Of a stretch of 64,000 bases of DNA, positions 28,205 to 40,498 are shown piece after piece. How positions within the stretch are numbered: the stretch's first letter is position 1; the number at the start of each line of letters is the position of its first letter. The position numbers and the translations under genes are program-made. The stretch spans positions 558,001 through 622,000 of the forward strand of contig NW_025767168.1 of NCBI RefSeq assembly GCF_003918875.1. The letters are read 5' to 3'. This DNA is from Haliotis rubra (lineage: Eukaryota). The notes below the pieces were generated by a model that was not told where the DNA came from, searched no databases, and saw only the letters and a program-made list of their open reading frames with translations.

Positions 28205-29399
28205 CTGATAAAAGTTCATTTCATTTTCGAAGGGAGTTTTATGCCAAGTGTACCATTTTTCAATGTAATATGCGCATACCTAGTCGTGTCACGAAATAAA
28301 ACAGCCACAACCTCAAAGAGCAGATAATGCCATATTTATCTGCAGACTAATGGCAACAGAAAAACAGTAGTTTCATATGAATGGACTGAGCACTTCATCG
28401 CCTCTCAGCTGGTACTCAAACAATGGCATTTACACTCTCCATCAGAACCAACACATTCCCTATCACGCTAATGCATGCAGAAGATGCACAGATCAAATGG
28501 CTGTTCGCGATGAAGTGATGTGAGTGCATAGCCAATGGCGTCTGGTAACATGTTGGAAATGACCGGATTAGCAGCAACACCAAGGATATCGACTATTGAA
28601 CATTATCATAGTTACTTCAACTGTGGCATGAACATTTTAGTGTTGGTGTCATTTCAGATTCTGCCCATCGTTGCACAAGTCTGGACCTAATTGTTTAAAT
28701 ATCAATTATAACGCCAGCTTCAAACCAATAAAACACAAATGGCAGTATACCTAGTGTGCATATAAAACGTTTTAGAGTGAGCACAAAACACCCCTCTGGT
28801 GGATAACGAACATTTCAAAACCACTTGAAACATGTCTACAGACACACCTGATTCTTATCTAAAATGTCAGTGCCATTCTCATCTGACCAACGCTTAATTG
28901 ATCAGGCGAGATTGGCTGTAAAAAGATATGTTGTCACAGTTTGGTTAACATGAGTTACTACTAAACGTAGTTTCAAAGTGCGTTTAGATATAACTTTACT
29001 GTTTAGATAAAGTGTCTTGGCAATGGGCCTGAATTGATGCCCACAACGTGATGTTAAACTTTAAACGTTAAATGTTAGCTCTCAGTTTAAAACCTTGACC
29101 TCAATTCCATGCACTATCACCGTGGAATAACTATACACACGGAAGAAGTAACGATGGCCATATTACCATTATCCATAGTAAAGAATTTACATATCCAAAC
29201 CTTATTTAAACTTGCTATCTGGATAAAGTGAATAATTAAATGGCAAATCTAAACACACAAAAATAACTGTCGTTTATTTATAGGAGCAAACATGGCAAAA
29301 TATTTTTCTTATTTTGTAGTGCTGATAACTGTGGTCGTTTGACGTTGACATGTGCAGTCATTTTTAATATTTTGGCATAAATTGCTCAAGAAATACCGT

Positions 29400-30330
29400 A
29401 AGTATCAATAACCGAGCACAATGTCAACTTGGTGTAACCTCCGCCAACTTCAATAACATGCCTAACCCTCCTCGTCACTGACTGTACCAGACGTTGAATT
29501 TGACGGTGACATATCATGTGCCATTCTTGATGGAGGGCCTGTTCCAATACATTAAAGTTTTGTATTCATAATGTCCAAAACATGCTCTATGGGATTGAGA
29601 TCTGGACTCCTGGCGAGTCAAGGTAGAGTTGCTATCGGCTAATGACATGAGAAATCACTGCACGTCCACAATGTGGTATAGCATTGTCGTCTATGAAGAC
29701 TGGCCTCGTGTTCCGGGAATGGTAATCGAAATATTGTGCAACAGTCCTGTCTAGGGTATCAACGATGTACCTGTGTTCATTAATATTTTGTATGATCGTC
29801 ACATAGTGAGGTTTACAATCATGAGATTTCCGCACCAACAATGAACCTCCGCCAAAACCTACTTGCTCCAAGATATTCCGTTGTGCATAAGCGGCCTTCA
29901 GCCATGAACAACAGAAATCAACTTTCTTTCTACCAGCTGACTCTTCTTCTTGACATCCAACTGAATTGACATCGCCCTTGACACCAAGCTAGTCGTGCTG
30001 CTTAGTGATCTGGCTCTATACCCTGTCGGTTGTAGGTGTTGTCGGATCGTTCTACTGTACAAACGACGATGTGGAAACCACACGCCACGTAACGTGAACC
30101 GATGAAGTCAGAGAAGGGTTGTACCCTCCCAAGGAGTAGTCACTCGTTGTCGATCTGAGCCCTGGCCGTCCTGAGTTTACCGATACTTTCTGCCAATTGG
30201 CTGATGGTCAATGGATGACAAGAAACATCTCTAGCAACAGCCCTCAATGAAATACCAGCATTCCGCATACCGATAACTTGTCATCGCTGTGCCGTTGGTA
30301 GTTCGGGATAAACCCCGGTAGACATTTTGT
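29400..30330 (-). pseudogene. Degenerate Tc1-like transposase
   Basis: QVIGMRNAGISLRAVARDVSCH (HTH), FGGGSLLV, VFIDDNAIPH, RSPDLNPIEH (plus strand tgctctatgggattgagatctgga). Confidence 0.85.
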
Positions 30331-31729
30331 GGGAGACGTGATATACCTGAATTACTTTGGTTTGCATCGTTAAATAACATATATTCAATAGTAAAGCAAC
30401 GGCTTCATGGATAACAATGTCTTCCAAGCTAGCTTGAAAACGGTGTAAGAATCTACACCGAAACGTCGCTCTGTGCAATAAACATGACGTTGTTATCAAT
30501 AATATCGTTCCCTTTATTATGATGAAGTGTGTTTGTGTTATATAAGCCTCACTCTGACGAATCTGACTCACCGTCAAATTAGTGTAGATTTTATGGGTAT
30601 GAATACCGTAGGGTATCGCACACCCAATGTGACTACACCCTGCATTCCTAGCAGGACAACCCCTATCAAAAGTAAAGATGATGTTTAAATGACATGAATA
30701 AGACACAGAAGCTTGTGCCTTCAGCAGAATTATTCACAAATTGAGTTCATAAAGACAGAAAGCCTCATTGCATCAAGCAACTCAAGTCAACACACACTGC
30801 CAGATCACCACCACCAATCCATACAACCAGAAAGCTAAAACATAACCCTTATATATCTATATTCATTACTTTCGAGTTTTATGAATGTATTTACATTAAC
30901 TATTTTAATTTGCACTGTAAAATAGTTCTTGGCTTGTAGCACTTTAAACACATTAAAATCATTTCATATTTCCTTTTGACAAACTTGTGGTCTCGTATAT
31001 ATATATCCACGATTTCAGTTATGCAGGGTTGACAGATAAATGGGTTGGTCTTTCATGATAACGACAGGCTCGGAAGTCATATACACATAAAGCTTACAGG
31101 AACCATGTATCATTCAAGAGAATGACTGGTTTCCCATGTGGGTGCTGCTTCGTCATTCCTTTACAGAATTATGCTTTCTGTTTGCACATGGTTGTAGAAG
31201 TTGAAGAGAGGATTGTACCATGGGAGCAGAGCATAAAACACTTTATATATTTTCTATCTCTCAGTGTTCAACCCATGCTTTTTAATCACGCTATCGATGC
31301 TGGTTTTGTGAAGTAGACTATGTCATCTATGACAAAGTGAGAAAATGTGTCTGCATCAGTAATAATGTGAAGTCAACGATGATTTTGGCACAGCGAAAGA
31401 TTATTCTTTCAATGATATATTCTACCAAGTGAATGACTCAGTGATTTTGTGAACAGTGTTCGTCTAAATCCCGAAGCGGAAATATATTTTTTATAGTGCA
31501 ATGAGAAATTTGTAGATTTTAAAATGAATCAAGCTGCAAACGAAATGGAACCAGTTTGTTGGGAAATGAAAATCATAAGACACAAGGACATTAAGGAAGT
31601 TCGCTTTGTTCGTAATCATCTCTCAAATTTGTTTTCGAAACGTGAACTTAGTTCTTTGAATGGCATTTAGAAGTGATGGAAATAAAGAATGGAGCTTTTT
31701 GTGGATGTTAACTTCTTTATTATGAGGAA

Positions 31730-31769
31730 CACAACGTTTCGGGGTATGTCCTTACTCCTTCATCAGGTG
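31730..31769 (-). ncRNA. Minimal type I hammerhead ribozyme motif
   Basis: cac CUGAUGA aGGAGUA aggaca UACCCC GAAAC GUU gug. Confidence 0.6.
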
Positions 31770-31933
31770 AATGGATGATATGAGTCAGAGAGCATATGTA
31801 TGTACACGTAAGAACAACAAAAGTAATAGAACAACAAAGATGCAGGCTTCACAATGGAAGACAGCAGTTAACTGGCGTTGATGTGTGATTGGCAAAGCCA
31901 GCATTTAACAGTTAATTAGCGTTTCCTGTCATT

Positions 31934-31973
31934 CACCTGATGAAGGAGTAAGAACATACTCTGAAACGTTGTG
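31934..31973 (+). ncRNA. Minimal type I hammerhead ribozyme motif
   Basis: cac CUGAUGA aGGAGUA agaaca UACUCU GAAAC GUU gug. Confidence 0.65.
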
Positions 31974-34926
31974 TTCCTCATAAAAAAGAAGTTGACATGC
32001 ATAGAGAGAATTCTCTTCCTTATGAACTTCCTTATGTACGCCATTCAGACCATGTGATCAACATAACATTGCCAAAGTGCCATGTGTGTAAGATATATAT
32101 ACCTCCATTACATAGCTGATAGCATTTCAGAGCATATCATTACCTTCGTATTAGCAAAACAAAACAGTGTTTCTTGAGAACATTCGTTGGTATCAGCACC
32201 AAAAAGAACGACACATAATATGGACACTATACAAATTGAAAAAAATAGCCTGACACACTTATAATTCCATTAACACCAGCTCTTCATGAAAACACGGTGC
32301 ACCTGGTAATGATATTGCCTTTTCCTTTGTTCAAACTTCTACAATCCGTTTACGGCTACAACACTTCATGGAATATTCTTCAGAACATTTATCCAAAGTA
32401 AGATATATTCGTGTACTGGATACCAAATTGCATGTATTTATTCACTCCCCTTCGAGAATAGAGAAACGCTTGTATGTCTGACCAATAATAACCACGTTGA
32501 AATACAAATATAAATCCCATGGTGTCTTGGACAGACTAGGTACTTGGTTTTGCACTTGTAGAAATCGCCGACTGACGTGTTTCGCGATATCTGACAGTTT
32601 CACAGATCATGACAACGTGGGGTTGTTGTTCATAACGTCAACCACTGGTTCGCGTGTCTCAGACTCGTTTATTGACTAACTCACCACTGCGACCTTAAAG
32701 AAATACTCAATTGTTTTTGTTTCATGTACGATGTTTCATGGTCTTTATTGTCAGCAGAACATCTGAACTTGTACATAACAGACTTAATTCAAACTTTACA
32801 TATCGCATTTCGGTTTCATTAAAATTTCGTCCCTGAATCTTGTGGTCCATCACTTGATTGTCTGGTTGCTTCCCGGCCCCTATCGTACGCAAGTAGTACG
32901 TCTGTGCGGCGTCAAGAAAGCAAATCCTTACTTTCATATGTAAATTGTATGAGTGGCGGGACATGTTCATATGCTTCGCAAAGACCCACAATCGAGACTA
33001 GTTATTCTCTGACGCTGTTGTTGTATATGTAAATGTCCACACACACATAACTATTTAAGCTGAACAAAGGGCCACCGAAAACCGCCTTAGCAAATAATCG
33101 TCACGACATACTGTAAGCTATCGAATCATCTGGCAATATCTTTTAAGACATCTCTTTGAGTATTAACATCTTTGGTATACGTGTCATAAATAGTTTCGAC
33201 GGCAATTTGCACTGTGTGAGGTTACATCTGGATGATGGACAGACACGAACCGTCAACTTCAAGGTTATCTATCCTGGGAACTAGGTTGTCTAGAAGCGTG
33301 AGAGGGGACGCGCTGACCACAGACCGACGAAGGTTTGTCTGGGGAAGAGAAATGCCCTTGTGAGATATGCGAGAGGACGGAAGCAAGGGGACAACCCCTC
33401 TATTAAGGCGCCCCGGGATCGATACCTGCCTTACATGTCATTAGCGGTTCAACAACTGGCCCAGCGATGACGCACTGTCGGGAATGGATTGAAGTTACTG
33501 ATCAAGGATGATACACTTTAGGACAGTAGGAAGTTCAGCTCAAAGTTCAAGTTTCAGGATACGCTCGAGCATTCTTGTTTTTAAGGAAATATCGTCTGTT
33601 TATACTTTTTTGGACAACCATGTGGTGGCTGCTTTTTCAAGATATGTTTGTGAGTGGGGGTTTATAGTTATTCATGTGATTAGCGAGAAAACAAGGAATG
33701 TTTCTTAAGCATCCAAAAACCAATAAGATTATGATATATATAATTCACAAGTTAAAGAGCAACGGATTCCTTCTTATTACCATATATAAATGGGTTGACG
33801 ACAGCACGTTTGTTTGCTGAATGCCGTGCTTATAAATATTCATCAGTATATTCTAATTCAATTGTTTCTTTGGAACCTTTCCAAGCGGCGGTTTTCTTTT
33901 TGCTTTGGGGTTTTACGGACAAACAAGAAAAGCATGTCATGTTGTTTGGCATCTTTGGTCAGCCTGGTATTGACATAGATGGCATGTGATCATAATACAC
34001 CGTCTGTATGACTACATGTCAAAGAATCGTCATCAGTTATTGTAACCATCGAGGCGCTTCTGAAGCTAAGATGGAGTGGGCGTCGTTACTGCTAATGTGC
34101 GTCTTTTAATTCCAGCCATGTCCCTTTGTGCACATGGAACATCAAGTTTATTCTGGTTGGGAAACAAATTCGTGTCTTCGGCGTGACGAGCACAGAAAGT
34201 AGCAATGCCACCCCTTTAACAGTTTGCACAAAGTTTAAGTGCGTCCAATACAGCACATATACATAGCAATAGCCCACTGACTTGTCGATAATATTTCCCC
34301 ACACCGCATTTCCAAATCAGAGACGTCTGTCAATTCACTCATTCGAATTCGAATAGGAACAAAAGACTACATATTTGCAAGTCCAAGTTTGGATTATCTT
34401 TATCGGTCGAAATATATATACAAGGATAACCATATTTGATTGTGTGAGTTATAGTTGTTGATTTTTTTAAGAAAGGTATTCATAACTAACAAATGACTCA
34501 TATATATGAGTAACTGTTGTGTCCAAAATTGTGGCGATTATTACCAATGGTGCCTAACCTGCAGTTTGTCTTGTCCAGAAGTGATTATACAACTGGTTTT
34601 AACAGCAACATAGTTGGTACAAGTCACACGGTACATATTCTATAAAGCCGCTACAATATGGGTAACCAGCTGGAGTCAAAACAAAAAAAACAATCCAAGG
34701 GAAGTAACTCTAATTATTCTGGTGCATCTGCTGGACCAATGGCCCATGGTAGAGTTTGCGCGGTATGTCTTCCGGTCACATGACCCCTCTGATAAACTCC
34801 ATTTAGGCACCAGGGTGCAAACAAAGTAACCAAAATAGCGTCTTCGTCAAATTTACGTGGAACTCCATTAACAAACTAATTTTGTAACAATGAGTCTGCC
34901 ATGAATGTCGCCAACAGTACGTACTA

Positions 34927-35054
34927 CATTGGCGGATCCAGAGGGCGGGTTCAGGGGGTTCGCTCCCCCGTTGAAAATGACAGAAGACCACAGTAAAGAT
35001 TGTTTTTGCGTTGGCGGAGCCAATGGGGGGTTTAGGGCTTCGAACACCCCCCCC

Positions 35055-35122
<68 letters not shown>

Positions 35123-35146
35123 TCAAAATCCCTGGATCCGCCCATG
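34927..35146. mobile_element. hAT-like MITE containing a (CA)n microsatellite
   Basis: TIR cat(t/g)ggcggatccag; (CA)n at about 35058-35120; TSD not clear. Confidence 0.7.
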
Positions 35147-35208
35147 TAATACTTAGGACTCCAGTTTCTCCGTTTCAGTAGACTTTAAATAGACATACTT
35201 TTTATAGA

Positions 35209-35374
35209 CTGACTGACTGAGTTTGGTTTTACGCCGCTTTTAGCAATATTCCAGCAACATCACGGCGGGGGACACCAGAAATGGGCTTCACACATTGTAC
35301 CCATGTGGGGATTCGAACCCGGGTCTTCGGCGTGACGAGCCAACGCTTTAACCATTAGGCTACCCCACCGCCCC
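35209..35374 (-). mobile_element. SINE family A, young
   Basis: Full-length reverse-complement copy; TSD act(t)tttataga. Confidence 0.92.
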
Positions 35375-35954
35375 ACTTTTATAGAGCATGTTTCAAAAGT
35401 AATATAGCAAACACGTACTATCAGATTTAGCTATATATGGGTGCTATGTGTGGATCTCATACTTTCCAATAGTTTTCAATAGTTTAACCCAAATAAAACA
35501 GATGCCATGCAATGACACATGCACTGTCAACTGACAAATATTTTCAAATGTCATATCCGTCACAGTTCTCGAACACATAAAATACAAGCTGTTCAGTTCT
35601 TAACTTTATTCGGTACAACACAAGTAACCACCTGCTGCAGTCGGGCATTGTACTATCACATAACATAGCGCAATGATATTTACAAATATAGTACAGTAAA
35701 CGAGATGCGTAGATAATACTGAACACAACAAGTTTGGGTTTATGAAGGTTGGGGGTATGTTTTGAAAGTGAAAACTGAGAACATAATTTCAAATATATCC
35801 CCCAAAGTATTCATGATACCTAACTTTTTTACTTCTGAATACAATATGTTATAACACATTACCCCGGTGGTCATGCAATGGTCTTTGTTTCAAAATTGAT
35901 CCATGAAATATTCCTGGATACATTCTTACAACAGGATTGCCATCCACATTCGGG

Positions 35955-36230
35955 TTAATACAAGCGTGGTCCTCCGTCTTTCAAGTTAACAAGAGTATTG
36001 TCCTCCAGATCTAGGAAAACACAAACGTGGTCCTTCGTCTTTCAAGCTAACAAGAGTATTGTCCTCCAGATGTAGGATAACAAAAGCGTGGTCCTCCGTC
36101 TTTCAAGTTAACAAGAGTATTGTCCTCCAGATCTAGGATAACACAAACGTGGTCCTTCGTCTTTCAAGCTAACAAGAATATTGCCCTCTTTCTCTGGGAT
36201 AATACTGTGGTCCTCCATCTTTCAAGATAA
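35955..36230. repeat. 61-bp tandem repeat, about 4.5 copies
   Basis: Unit cgtggtcct(c/t)cgtctttcaag(t/c)taacaagagtattgtcctccagat(c/g)tagga... Confidence 0.92.
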
Positions 36231-36845
36231 AACGTGTTTAGCTCTCTATGTTTGGAATCGTCTTTGGTCGGTGCAAAGAATAGCTACGTCCGATATATCC
36301 GATTATACAATACTCGTCTATGCAAAGCTCACAAAAGCAACATTTCAACAAATCACATATCAAAACATCAAGGGAAAAACTGTATTAAACGACTCTTCCT
36401 TTTTCCCCTTTACCTGTCGTGGCAGTCACCCCTCTACTAACAACTGACTAAGTAACCATTTACTACTCCGGGTGGAAGTGTCTGGGTTCGTATTTAGAGA
36501 CAGAATATTTTTTCGGCCATTGTATATATTTTTGCCTGAAATTAGGAGATGAAATTCCCTTCTTTATTCGTTTCACAACATATTTTTACAGGACATCGTA
36601 CAAAATTTTGAATCTCCAAATACGAGGGAAAATGAGTTTGTCGACACGATCACGATATACAATTTCAAGCCCTCTCTATTGAGGGGTTTGCTCTCAATAC
36701 TGTTGTTGGAGGAAGAACAGATTATGTGCGTGCGTGTGTATTGGACCTCGTGTTTGTGTCTTTGTCTGTAGATTAAGGAGTGCGCATCAGAACATGTGTG
36801 TTCGTGGCGGTCCGACATCTGAGCTGATGTTGGGGTGGTATGACT

Positions 36846-37477
36846 TTAAGAGTACAGTTTATAACTCGGAATTATCACCAGAATCATACCAATTGATATT
36901 GTCATCGAGATGAGATAAATAAGAAACAGAAACTTATCAACAACCTCAGCCACAAAAAACCATTGCCTCTTAATCTGAATCGAATGGTACTGAACGCTTG
37001 TGACACTAAATCGACCATCCGGCTTCCGGGTACGCCCAACTTCACCTATTGCGCCTCTGTTCATTGCCTCGATGTGGCCATCGGTACAGATCTTCCGGTC
37101 ACTGCGGGATCTCGGGAACAATAGTTCGTTTGTTGGCCTGCTGGGAAGCAACTCTGTCGTACAGGTAGCCTCGTCCGGTGACTGATCAGTTTCATCTGCT
37201 GGCTGAAGGATGTTTTCGGAAGGTTGGCCTCCATTTAAAGTGACTTCAATCTTACTTGAAGGGTCAGGCTGGAATTCGAACTGATCGCAAGAGGCAGGCT
37301 GTTCCCAAGCATACTTGGTGAGAACTATTTTGCTAAGGACGACGCGACACAGCCAAAACAGCCATTTTGGAATGGCGGGGGACTGTTTATCCTCCCCTCG
37401 CTTCTTGATGTTCATCACTAGTGTGGCCATGATGAGGGACACGCAGTTGAAGGTCATGACCATGAACAGGAAGATAC
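36846..37477 (-). CDS. nAChR alpha-type subunit, last exon (M3, intracellular loop, M4, stop)
   Basis: Acceptor ttttctccag|GT ATC TTC; encodes (G)IFLFMVMTFNCVSLIMATLVMNI (M3), PAIPKWL..., QWFFVAEVVDKFLFLIYL (M4) and stop TAA; phase matches the previous exon. Confidence 0.93.
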
Positions 37478-37828
37478 CTGGAGAAAATGAATAACACGTG
37501 TATTAGACAGGGTTGGGAGGTTAATATATGCACGCGAAATACAAAACAAAGCGTGAAGATCCGGGTAAGATTTATTTTCATAAACCCATGTCTAACCTAG
37601 CATTGGAATGTCTCGTCTTGATTCGATTGTTTGCAGGCCGCCAACATATATCTGGAATATTGCTGAGGGCAGCGAAAGCAACAACCAAGCTAGCAAATGA
37701 AATCCTGACAACAACAACAACAACAGGTAATTGTAGCCCTATGACTACTGGTCTCTGCATCCATCCACCTTGTGACAAATGAAAAACAGAAACATAGAAA
37801 TAATCAACAACCGCTCTACCCCGTTCGG

Positions 37829-38275
37829 AATTATTGTCCTCCTGAGAGGGTACGTAAGTCCCAAAACATTTCAAGTAAATTTAAGTCTACCAGGTTTTTA
37901 ATCGTAGTATTTTTGTCATTTTTATGTATGGCTAAATCTCAGTATAAAAGCCAATGGCTGAAGGGATGGTGTAAATCCAGCTAGGGTCCATGCAGGTAGC
38001 AAAGGTACTGTAAGTCCCCATGGTCCCTAGTATGGTGATCGACCTTCAGTTGTTGGCGATCTATAGCCTGTTTTTATCTTGTATTGTCCTAATAGTGCTA
38101 TTAGTTTTAACCTTCCACACTAGTTTTAAATCTAATTGTGATATTCTAGTTGTTTTACTGTCCTTCGATGACAGGTTTTATAATATACACATATTCCATT
38201 TCAATGTAAAATGTTCTCGTGACGATATGGCTGAAATATTGGCGATGTGACGTTAAATATTAACTCACTCACTCA
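37829..38275 (+). mobile_element. 3' end of the same LINE, inserted in a nAChR intron
   Basis: 15-bp TSD ctctaccccgttcgg (37814-37828 / 38276-38290); (ACTC)n tail. Confidence 0.9.
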
Positions 38276-38643
38276 CTCTACCCCGTTCGGGACAAGTGGT
38301 TCGGACCATGACATTATATTACCTTGACAGCATGTATTTTCGGCATAGACCAAGGATGATTATTCACCATCACCACCACCACCACAAAACAAAAATACAG
38401 AGAGACGCGCACACTTACACAGAGACCATAGTGGCAAATGCACAAGCACCTATGCGCGTCGCCATGGAAGTGCAAGAATAGTGGACTCGACATTTAAACT
38501 GATATTGTCCAACCTTACATCTTATCTGTCTAGACTAGCTGACCACCGTGTTCATTAAAGTCGACAGTTACAAACAGAGCAGACTGCAGAGTCTGCCCGG
38601 GAATCCCCAAAGGGAGAGAACTCAGTTCTTGTTCATATCTCAC

Positions 38644-39191
38644 CTAGCACTGGCGTGGAGTTGGTGTCAGGAACGTTCTCAGCAATCAGCAACTGCAGCA
38701 CGTACAAAGTGAGAAATACTGTCAACCCAATATTGATCTTCTCTCCCTTGTGACACGGAAGTAGAAAACTGACCAATGTCAGGATGCAAAGCATTATGGT
38801 CGGCGCAATTACAATATAATCGTAATACAGGGACTTTCGCTTGACACTGATGTGACAGTCAACCATGGCGTGTGAGCCATCTCCAGGACAACAGTTACTG
38901 TCCACAAGGCTCCGGCTCACACTAACAGCTGTCAGGTCATATTCGCTGTTCTGGACGTAATGACTCAGGTCTGGTCTGTCTGCGTTGAGACGCATGTCAA
39001 CTTGGGTAACATCATAGATCCACGAACCGAACCGGAGGTGACATTTCTGATCGTCGTAGGGGAAGTAGGTGACATCGACTACGCAGGAACTCTTGACCAT
39101 AATAGGCACCATCCACTTGACCAAACCATCGTTTCCAATCTTCACCTTGCTGCCGGTCACGTTCACAAAGCCATCAGCGTTGTCACCAGCC
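38644..39191 (-). CDS. nAChR alpha-type subunit exon (loop E, Cys-loop, loops B/C, M1, M2)
   Basis: Acceptor cttccag|, donor CTAG|gtgag; Cys-loop CVVDVTYFPYDDQKC, FGSWIY, vicinal CC (SNCCPG), M1 IVIAPTIMLCILTLVSFLLP, M2 GEKINIGLTVFLTLYVLQLLIAENVP. Confidence 0.96.
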
Positions 39192-39796
39192 CTGGAAGTA
39201 GGCCAACACTGCATATAAACTGGTCAAGAGATGCCAGCCTCACGACTGACTGAATAATGCTTACACTGCAGTTAACACTGACTTAACATAGAAAAGCTTC
39301 CCTCTCATTAGTGAAGGGCATCAAGAGAGACCGTGAGAAATACCGTAAGGTGTATACTTATCAAACATTATACAAGCCAAATCTCGCCACATCACAATCC
39401 AAGGTTTATTGGGGCTCAAGGGTACTGGTGGGTTCTTTTTATTTGAGGTCCACATGTTTTCCGAAACATCAAGTAATAAGCTTTGTAAGCGCTTGTAACG
39501 GCCATTTTTCATAAATGGGGCATCAGGTGACTTTCAGATAAAAGGGGATAATGCTGAAAGAAAGGGGGAAAAGGATTCAAACACTAATGGGCTTAATAAC
39601 ATTTCAATTATATAAAATGAACTTGTATTTAGAAATCGCAAATGACATAATAGGAGGTAAATTTAATATTGCCTTGAAAGAAGCTAGAACTATGGGACTT
39701 GGTGGTTTACGATTCTAATTGTAAATTTGAGAATCGGAATGATGATCAAGATCACCGGATCACCGTGCATCATGCAGAAGGTTAAAGTAAACTTAC

Positions 39797-39906
39797 TTGT
39801 TGAAGAGAAACATGTCAGGCACCCACACGTTGGTAGAGGGAATCATTAGTGTGTCTAGTCCATCGTAGTCCTCGGGGTCCCATCTCAGGTTCTCGTCAGT
39901 CCATTC
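39797..39906 (-). CDS. nAChR exon (110 bp; EWTDENLRWDPEDYDGLDTLMIPSTNVWVPDMFLFNK)
   Basis: ccag| acceptor and |gtaagt donor; WxD..LrW and WxPD motifs; 110 bp is the size typical of this nAChR exon. Confidence 0.95.
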
Positions 39907-40498
39907 CTGGATATAAAGATTGGCGTCCATAACAATTTGTCCATCAATACATTTTTAATATTATCAGATGGTCGGGAATAAAATAAGTCAATTACCTGAT
40001 TGTAACTATTGATATAGAGACAACCAAAGTTATTTGTTCACGGAGGGGAGGGAAGCAGCTGATATTCTTTTCAGCCTTACATTTTCACTCAAAGTCCCCC
40101 TTTTTCACAATGTGTGTTAATAGCTTATATTTTTTAATACATGAATGTATTCCCTGTCTTTGGTGTATTTTTACACAAATGAACTGATATATTTTTAATA
40201 ATTCTACAAAAATGCTGTTTCGGGTAACTTCAGTAAATGTAGATATGAAGAGAAGTGAAGGTACACAAGTACAGAAACATACATTTGGCAATTATCTAGT
40301 GCTTGTTGAGGATTTCAAATTATTCATTCGCACCTGTACCCAGTCAGCTACAGGTAGAGAAATATGTGGTGATTTAGTGTCGGGTCGTCAGCATGGTTCT
40401 TCATTGTGAATTAATCGTTTACACATAATAAGTCGTTGTTGTGAAGCCGGTTAGGATTCAACAAATGAAGCGCGCATAAAATGTATCCAAGTACTTAC

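Larger units (their letters stand above)
18130..28350. repeat. Copy 2 of the old duplicated segment
   Basis: Same order and orientation as 2180-15050, with different TE insertions. Confidence 0.8.
31652..32048. mobile_element. Penelope-like inverted terminal pair, each arm with a minimal hammerhead core
   Basis: Inverted repeat about 31652-31775 / 31928-32048; each arm has CTGATGA-stem-GAAACGTT followed by a taaagaagtt-like motif. Confidence 0.8.

Noticed and set aside
32500-33490. Moderately GC-rich stretches with short ORFs
   Set aside because: No protein motif, repeat match or consistent splice structure could be identified
34803-35156. ORFs with VC/HT repeats (also the RE-repeat ORF 27713-27949)
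   Set aside because: These are translations of (CA)n and (TC)n microsatellites
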